This document shows positions 32,301-40,287 of a DNA stretch of 40,287 nt, piece after piece. A program made the position numbers and the translations under genes. Origin of the DNA: Catajapyx aquilonaris (Eukaryota); the NCBI GenBank assembly GCA_000934665.2, contig KZ538918.1, forward strand, positions 1 to 40,287. Reading direction: 5' to 3'. A model generated the notes under the pieces. The model searched no databases, had not been told where the DNA came from, and saw only the letters and a program-made list of their open reading frames with translations. The number at the start of each line of letters is the position of its first letter. The stretch's first letter is position 1.

Positions 32301-34745
32301 TGGAGGAAGAAGAGGGGGATGTGGAGGAGGCCCGCCGCCATTTTCCTTTTTCCTCATCATCATCATCATCACTCCCAATCCCAATCCCAGAGATCGGTGG
32401 CGGCGGCAGGGTTCGGCTCCTCGCATCCGGTTGACCCAGGCCTACTGACCTGAGGCACGAGAGTGACCTGGTGCTGACCCTGCGACGGATTATGCGCCGC
32501 GTGAAGCTTCATCTCCAGGTCCTGGATCTGCAGGACCAACGTTTGGATGTGATCCAGCAGCTCCTTGTTGTGGACCAGCAGCTGATGCGTGCGAGCCTGC
32601 AGAGACCACACCACCAATTATACATTGATGGTGGACTGACACGCAGGTTCCCGAGGGGAAACACGGTGGATTCGTCTGGTCGACAGCGTCCACCACAGGT
32701 TTTCCCTCAAGAGCCTGCCGACACAATGTAAAATGGATGCGTATCTGACCTGGGCCTCTAGTCGAGCGGCGGTCTCGGCTGCCAGTTGATCTCGTAGCAG
32801 ATGCACCTGTGCAATGGCCGCCTGTGTCTGCTGTGTCTGCTGCTCCAGTTGTTCCCTCAGGAGTTGAACCTCGTGGTGAATACTCAGAGGCGTCCCTGGT
32901 GGCGGCAGAGGCGCCCCGGCGCTGCTCCTCAAAGGCTCGTTCAGAGGAGACATGTAGGTCTCGCCCGCAGACTGAAACGGAACAGGAACCACACCTCAGG
33001 ACACCTCAATATCTTACAAACTGGCTGGCAAACCTTTAAAAAAAAACTCTCGAAATTCCGGTGGCGAGACAAGATCTTTTTGCGGGGCACCTGCATTCCT
33101 TCTGGGTCCCAGCCAAGTGTCATTTACCACCGTCCCAGAACGCCTACTTAGTTTTGGCAAACCCAGCACGCACAGCACACACACATACATCCCTTCCGCA
33201 CGCACATATTTCATCCCCGGTGCAAGTTGTTTTGAGTCCGTCTTCACTTGTGCGTTTAATTAGTTATGATGCCGGCACCATCAGATATTTGCCCGCCAGC
33301 CATTTATCACCTTGCTTTACGACTCCCAGAAAATTCATCCTAAATATCTGATGCACTCTAGCTTTATCGGCCTTTTCTCCTTCCCAGCCTCTCTCTTTTC
33401 TTCCCAAGCCAAGGCCCCCTTGATGAAGAGCGACCGCATCCGTCCAAGTGATGGTCGGGAAAGCTCACTTACATCGTCCGAAGAAGCTTTTAAGGTGTTG
33501 TGGGTAATGAAAGGAAGCTATCAGGAGAAACTGGGGAGGGGAGAAACTGGAGCCACCGCTAATGGCTGAGAAATTCTGCGCCGGGGTCAAACTTGCGGCT
33601 CTAACCTCATCAACGCTCTTGCAAAAAGAGACAACCTCACCTGCCTTTCCTTTTGTGTCTTACATTCCACCTGGGCATTTTCCCAGCTGAACCTGCTGCA
33701 TGTAACTGATGGGTGTTACGTGGCGATGGCACTGTTTTTAGAAAACAGACGGGGCAAGGAACAGCGCAAATTACTCCTGTGCTAACCGGATTGCAACAAA
33801 CAGCAGATAGCCATAACCATAATAACTATCGGCCGGACCCCCGAGTGCCATGAAACAGTTTATGCCACAGAGCGTGATCCAAAAATCCACTTTATGGCAC
33901 TAAAGTGCTTATTTTATTAGACATACCTGCCATCACGTGCAAGTAAAATTAAATCCTATAATTGCCAACCTGCTTTAAAAATAACAAGGTGAGATTTGAA
34001 GTCGCGCATCAATTCTCAGCTCTTCTAACGATGTTAATTGGAAGCGCATTCCTTGTATGCTCGCCTCTGGCAAGACAAACTCTCATTGAAATAAAAACAC
34101 GATAGAAAGTCTATAGTGTCCCCAACTAAGTACGATGCATGCCATGGGCCCGAAGAAGCCAACTACCAACCGTGCAAAATTCCGATCCGCATCCAATTGG
34201 CAAAATAAATTTTTTCCGTCGCGACTACGCTCGATTCTCTCCCGAAAAAAAATCTTTCAACGGAATTGCATTTATAATACGGGCAGGCAAGCAGGATTCC
34301 CCCATGTATTTCCTAAAAGTATGCGGGGGTAAATTGGTCCGACCCGAGCGCGACACGGATTCCATTCCATCCGCGGGAAGCCGACTGGAAATCCAGCCCC
34401 AGAAAACTGATCAGGTCGAAATACCAAAGGGAACCTCATTGTCTCCCTCTAGACTTGACTTCCATTATCGAAGGGTTGTCTCTTGGGTGAATAATGTCGG
34501 GAAGGTGCTTACCAGAGGAGCTCTTTTGTTGGAGTCTGTCTCAGGTGGTGCTGAAAGGATGTCCAGTTTGGTGGGTCTGGAGTTGGACTTTCCAGGGTTC
34601 TGAGCCTGCTGCCCCTGCTGGCATAGTCCTTGAGACGATACCTGAAGCTGTGAGATGCTCTGTTGAGAGGTGCTCTCAAACAGCCTCTCCTGGACCGTAC
34701 TGGCGTCGTCTCCTTGGGTTTCACTCACCGCCTCTGAAGTCGCAT
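29364..34745 (-). CDS. NOS1AP: CAPON/NOS1AP-like adaptor (DYC-1-like), 3' exons only; 5' PTB exons not found in the window
   Basis: Exons 34745-34513 (phase 1 in), 32971-32750, 32596-32450 and 30314-29364 (TGA), all phase-consistent. The coiled-coil block QLEQQTQQTQAAIAQVHLLRDQLAAETAARLEAQ|ARTHQLLVHNKELLDHIQTLVLQIQDLE matches the recalled NOS1AP/CAPON central region. The protein ends in SEKVPNRSELMSQMQRTAWARHTTK. Confidence 0.88.
29550..29627 (-). repeat. Poly-Q/H coding repeat in the last CAPON-like exon
   Basis: Mixed CAG/CAA/CAT run encoding QQQHHHLQQQHQQQQQQQQQHQQQQQ. Confidence 0.9.
30759..30930. mobile_element. Foldback or MITE relic in the last intron of the CAPON-like gene
   Basis: AAGACATGGTGCATGCAACAAAT (30780-30802) and ATTTGTTGCATGCAACATGTCTT (30881-30903) form a 23-bp inverted repeat with one mismatch. 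Weaker pairing continues outward (TACAC/GTGTA). Confidence 0.55.
33473..33517 (-). CDS. Candidate 45-nt in-frame exon of the CAPON-like gene (LPFITHNTLKASSDD)
   Basis: Long pyrimidine tract with TAG acceptor and a perfect GTAAGT donor. Phase 0-0 fits the flanking exons and there is no stop codon. Confidence 0.55.
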
Positions 34746-35603
34746 CTGAAATCATACAAATCACATATGACATCAACGAACCTGCACCAACCATGAACGT
34801 GATCCTAAAAGAGTTTGTGTATGGCCCCAGCCCCGGACTAATTTCGCGACCGGTTAACTACTAATTCGGGGCTCAATTAAACGCGGTCCGAACCCATTTC
34901 CCAATCCGCTGGAGAAAAGTTCGGGGCTCGAAAATCACGTACCACGTGCCGGTTTGGTAATCCGCTTCCACCAAAAAAATAATATAAAAAACTAGAGAGA
35001 GAGAGAGACGACGTGATGCTGGAGCAGAATTTCATTACTTGGCGAGGCAGCCTGAGGATTCGCTCAGGTGGAGCGTGAGCTTCCGGAGGAAAAGGCTGAA
35101 GCAATCTGACCCGGAAAATATTTCGCCATGTCAGTGTACACAATCCAGGCTGGGACCCCCCAGAATTTTGGAGGTGTTAATAAGGCTCCTTGCTCAACTT
35201 AATCACAGGATATTATCAACTACTAGAACTCGTTATAAAATTTCATTACAAGGAGAGCACCCTTTTTTCCCCATATTCCATCCTATTAAGCCGTCTTTGT
35301 TCTGGGGGGGGGGGGGGTGAAAGTTGGTAAACATTGTTCTCTTTCCCCCAGCCCCTTGACTGCTGAGCCAATATTCCTTCGGACAAGGCTTGAAATATGA
35401 TTGGCGGGGAAAAATTGTGTTCATAGTCCGCCTAGTAATTAGGTTGAGAAAATCGGGTTGGCTGGCTGGTCCCGAAAGTAGCTCATTTCAAAGCGGAAAT
35501 CAACTATGAAATGGTATAACATATTGTATGACATCAGTCCACATTTCCCAACTTTACAGAAAAACACGGCAATTCCCACATTTTGTGTCCCCCCCACCCC
35601 TCC

Positions 35604-35627
35604 NNNNNNNNNNNNNNNNNNNNNNNN
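35604..35627. other. Assembly gap (24 N) inside a C-rich tract
   Basis: N run read directly. Single Ns also fall in poly-C runs at 9979 and 23801. Confidence 0.99.
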
Positions 35628-38599
35628 CCCCCACCCCCCAGGGCCGAGTCTTACGACCCGCATTTAAAAAAAAACAAACACATTTTGTTGACGTCCCTCT
35701 CTATTTACATGCCAGGAGGAAGTATTGGCCCCGAAGCAATTTGACGTCAACAACTATTTGGAAGAGGCCGAGTCCTGCTTTTCCACCCAGCACGACATGC
35801 TCGTCATCCGGCGATTGATGCCAAATCTCCCTGGGAAAGTGCCCAGAAATGCTCAGCACTTCACCTCGAATTGCAAATTGGGGGTCTTTTCGCGCTGCAT
35901 AACTCTACTCCAAGTCGGTTGCCAGGGCATCAAAAGTTTCTGATTGAGCCCTCCCTCCCCACGATCTATATCTTACTCTGGAGACAAACAATCCGGAGAT
36001 GGACCTGTGATTGGAAAAGAAAAACATCCCTCAAGAGCACTTGTTTACAACCAGGGATGGGATAGGCAAGAGTAAGAGCACTCTGCAAAATTGGAATCTA
36101 TCAGTTTAAAACCCAGAAATTTTTCTATGGAACAAATTGTGACCAGGCCCTATACGTTACTCCACTGAATACAATCTGACATTATTCACATTCAATTTAT
36201 ATATTTGACGTAAACAACATCTTCAGAATCGTATTCACTGACAGTGTCTATAAAACGTCTGCGTCATGTCGTGCCGCTATAATTTCAGAAGGAAGCAGCA
36301 TGCGCCATCTTCTGATTTCATTACAAACATAGCTGTGACTGGAGGAATAATTTGCATGTCGTATCCACAGCAGGTAACCCCCATCTACACACGGTTATAG
36401 ATCACGACACTAGATTTGAGTAGCGAACCAGGTCCCTTCTGACACTTTGCACGCCTTGTTTTGCACAGGCAGGCAGCAAATCCGGCGCATGCAGCTAATT
36501 ACAAGACGAATTGGAAGCGCCGGCAACTGAGGTTCACGTCATTAGCCATAATAGAACTTGATAATGACTTTCCTGCTGAATACGAACAGTGCTTATTTTC
36601 GCTTCTCTTAATCTGTTTACAAGTAACGCCTTGGAAGAGGCGGGCCCCTGAGTTTGCAAGTTTCCTCCAGGCGAGTATATACACACACACACCGACTGAC
36701 TCTGGCTGGCTACTTTCCTCGGTTGCTGTTAGAGGATTCAACAAAGCCCTGGTGGAAATAGAGCTCAACAAAGTCCGGTCGCAGACAGGTTGCAGCATTG
36801 CGCCCCCCCGCTGCACCGAAAGAACTGAATTATTCATTGGGTGGTGCCCCCAAATGGAACACTAATAAATATTCCGGAACCTGTTTGTTAATCTCGTATG
36901 CAAGCATAACCGCAGGAAATTCCAACTATGCAAATGCAAGTAATTGGCAACTCCAAAAACGACGGATTGCCAATGAAATGCTAATAGTTTTCAACTAATG
37001 GGCCCGGAGCAGGTGTGCAATGGACCTTCACCTCTTCTTCCTCTAAACCTGCTACTGTTCCCATGCCCGCAAGTAACATGCTCAATGTGCATATAATTGC
37101 TAGCAATGAGCAAAATTCTCATAAATTATGGTAATACACCCACCTAAACCACTCAATTTTGCACCAACCATGATTAAATTATCCATGCTGACAATTAACT
37201 CTGAACTTATTTTTTGTTGTTGTTTACAAACCGTATTTTGGGAGTCTCCAGCAAGATGAGACAATCCCACATTTTTTTCCCCCTCCCCATCTCATTCCCC
37301 ATACCCTCATCTCCTCCTCTCATCCCATTCTTCATCAGCAGGCGCAATCCCACTGGCGAAACTCCGGGCAAAGCTTTTCCACCGGAATTATCCCCGTTCC
37401 CATTCTGCACCCGACCGAGGTTACGGGTTTGTAGCCGGCAATAATTATCCGCGCTTGGAGCCGACGCTGATGGCAACCCGAAACGCCGTACCACACCCCC
37501 TTCCTGGAAGCCGCTCTTGATCTCTGCCTCGACGACTCTCACGTCACACTTCAAACGAATAACCCCCCGAACGCTTCAATGGTCAGACCAAAAAGAAGTT
37601 GAAAAAAACGGTCGATTTCTGAATTTTTCTGCACAATCGGCATCCCTTTTGAGAAACGCGGCCGTTGATAACGGTTTTTTTTTCAAGTTCAGCCTATAGG
37701 AAATCTATACTTTCCGCAAGCTTTGACTCAATTACGGCCATTTGAAGGAATTAATCTTGGAAATGGAAGCGACCTTTGCCGAAAGTTACGTAATAAGCAT
37801 AGGCCACGTGCTTCCTCATTTAGCAAAGTGACGGGTTCTAAACATACAGATTCCGGCTATGCACCTTGGGGGTAATAGAAACATCCGGGAAGCCCATCCT
37901 CGTTTTCATAAAACCAGCATCCCTGGAAGGAAGATTCATTTGAGTCCCGGGCCTTCATCATCGGGAAGACCTTGGTGATTCCCAGAGAGGGAACTGAAGA
38001 AGGAAGGAAGAGAAGAAATAAACCTGCCAAGCTCCTCTTCCACTTCGTCGAAACTTCTTCCGCTTTCTCATCAACCCATGGCATCAGCAAAGCTTCTGCG
38101 CCAAGAATCAGGTTGGAAAGAGAGAGAAAAAGCGGGGGCGGAGTAAAATGCGATATGTTGAGGTTTAACGCCGTACGTACTGTAGCAAATTAATTCCATC
38201 CGCACTATAGGTGTCAGTATGACACACCCTGTTTAGCGTGTACAGTATAATGTGGCGAAGGTTACAATTAATAATTTTTAATAATAGCCAGGACAAATCA
38301 CATTACAAGCCTGTAAGTATGGGTTGTAAATCACCAGCGCGTTAACAAATTTTTAATCAGCTCTTTGCAAAAGCAAAATCGAGCAAAATTCAATAATGAC
38401 GAACAATTATTGCGATAAAGACTGACACAAAAATTAATGTGTCTATTGAAGCAAATATGTTACGACTTCCTTCAGCAGTAGCTTCCAAAAATAAATTGTT
38501 AATTACTCAAAAATCTGCCAGAAACAACTGCGCATATGCGATGCAATAACCAAAGTGCATTGTTTTGCAATAAATGCAATTAAAAATCTGAAGTATATA

Positions 38600-40090
38600 A
38601 CCAGAGACCGTTGGAATAACCCTTATAACTTTCGTATTTTTATTGTGTAAAATATTCCTCACCATTGGAATTGTTTCACCCCAAGAAACCCTATGATGAA
38701 ACATGATTTTGTTTACCTCAAAAAGCCAGTTACAAACTATTCTTAAAGCAGTGAAATTAATAGCGGAGAGATGAGCCTAGGTACCCACTCCAAAAGTTTG
38801 TTTACATTTGCCACAAATTACTGTAAAATGAAAAACCGCAAACGAAATGAAGACGTCGACATAGCTAAATGAATTTGCTAAGTATACGTTCATGAACAGT
38901 GAACACGACCAAACAGTGATATGAATAAGTTAATTTTTTTGTTTTGAAATTTCCGTTTATTTTAAATATTTTGAATTAAGAAAATAGTCTGCATTTGCAT
39001 TTGGAAAATTACATATGAATCACATGAATGAATGGTGTGCATGTATTCAAGGAGACTGACTGCTCACATGCCCTTACACATCTTCGTTTCTGTACGCGCA
39101 AAAAAAAAACAAAAACTAACGCAGACGAATACTCAAGACACTACTCTAGGAGCACTGGCTACGAATGCCACATTGCTTTCATTATTATTACAGGAAAGAT
39201 ATGATTGGGGGGTATTTTAAAAATGCAATAGAAATGAAATTTCACCATCGCGTTCGAAAAAAAAAATGTGCAGAATCACATACGATATCCAAAGTTCACA
39301 GCAAGTGGTGCTATAGGTAAACCGCCTCCTTCTTGAAAAAATGACGGGTTTTATTTATTTTTCTCGCAAATAGCTGCATGCATGAATTTATATGATCAAG
39401 ACGAAGTGAAAGATTGCACACACAAAATAGATCCCTATACATTTTTTTTTGTAGAGGGAATCATTACAAATACAAGGTATATCGTCGATATTGCAGAAAA
39501 GAACAGTCAACAGTGCATAAGAACCTAGTAAGCTATGTAAACAAAGACGACTGGAATAACTTTCACAACTTTCGCATTTTTATTTTGTAAAATCTTCCTA
39601 GCCATTGATTCCAATAACATGCTCGGGATTGTCTTACCCTAAGAAACCTTACGGTGAAACGGGGCTTACGGCTTTGAAAAAACCCGTTACAAACTATTCT
39701 TAGAGCAGGGAAATTAACCAAGTGCTACAAATGGTTAGTTTACATAATTTACCGCAAATGACTAAAAACACGCAAACAAAATGAAGACAGCATAGCTGAA
39801 TTAATTTGCTTGTTATCAACGTTCATGTAGGATTGTAGGCTTTAAAGAACAATGATATGATTTACCGGCAGTTAATTTTTTGTTTTGAAGTTCCCGTTAT
39901 GAATTTGGCAGTGAAAACCGTTTGCTTTTGCATTGTGAAAACTACACATCAATGATTGGGGTGCATGTATTTACGAGGTCGTACCATACAAGCTCATGTG
40001 CCCTTACAGATCTTCGATACTGTACACGTCACAAAAATACTGCTGACGATTACTCTCACACAACTCTAGGAGCAGTTGCTACAAATACGG
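38600..40090. repeat. Diverged direct duplication, period about 920-940 bp (copy 1 about 38600-39170, copy 2 about 39540-40090)
   Basis: Collinear shared blocks: TGGAATAAC (38612/39552), GTTACAAACTATTCTTA, GTTAATTTTTT(T)GTTTTGAA, GTGCATGTATT, TGCCCTTACA and ACTCTAGGAGCA. Confidence 0.85.
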
Positions 40091-40287
40091 CATACCCAGT
40101 CATTACACGTTTGTTGGCAAAAAATTTTAATACAATAATATTATTCAATCATCATTCCCGGGCTGAGCCCCAAGGAGCCTCACATCCATGCATTCAGACG
40201 CAGCCTCACGACCTTTAAGTCTGTCCTTATCTTTCCTGGTTGGGCGCAACTTCCTGAACCCAAATGTCCGAAAGAGTTAAGAACAAC

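Overview
Eukaryotic genomic DNA from an arthropod, most likely an insect, judged from short GT-AG introns and the protein families present. Four protein-coding genes can be assembled by hand with consistent splice phases. (1) + strand, about 574-5119: a ZBED-type protein of about 904 aa with three BED zinc fingers and a full hAT transposase body whose catalytic motifs are degenerate, i.e. a domesticated transposase. (2) - strand, 14846-14112: inosine triphosphate pyrophosphatase (ITPA), 3 exons, 194 aa. (3) - strand, 23620-15397: a 14-exon transmembrane channel-like (Tmc) gene of about 1678 aa with a large Ser/Thr-rich loop. (4) - strand, from at least 34745 down to 29364: the 3' part of a CAPON/NOS1AP (DYC-1-like) adaptor gene; its PTB exons were not found and probably lie beyond the window end. 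The non-coding DNA holds a 34-bp palindromic minisatellite, a complete tRNA-derived SINE with a 15-bp target-site duplication, two copies of a ~100-bp MITE, other element relics, a diverged ~940-bp tandem duplication and many poly-G/C tracts. There are no prokaryotic features. The most notable item is the catalytically degenerate three-BED hAT gene with hAT-like MITE ends nearby. All family calls come from motif recognition, not database searches.
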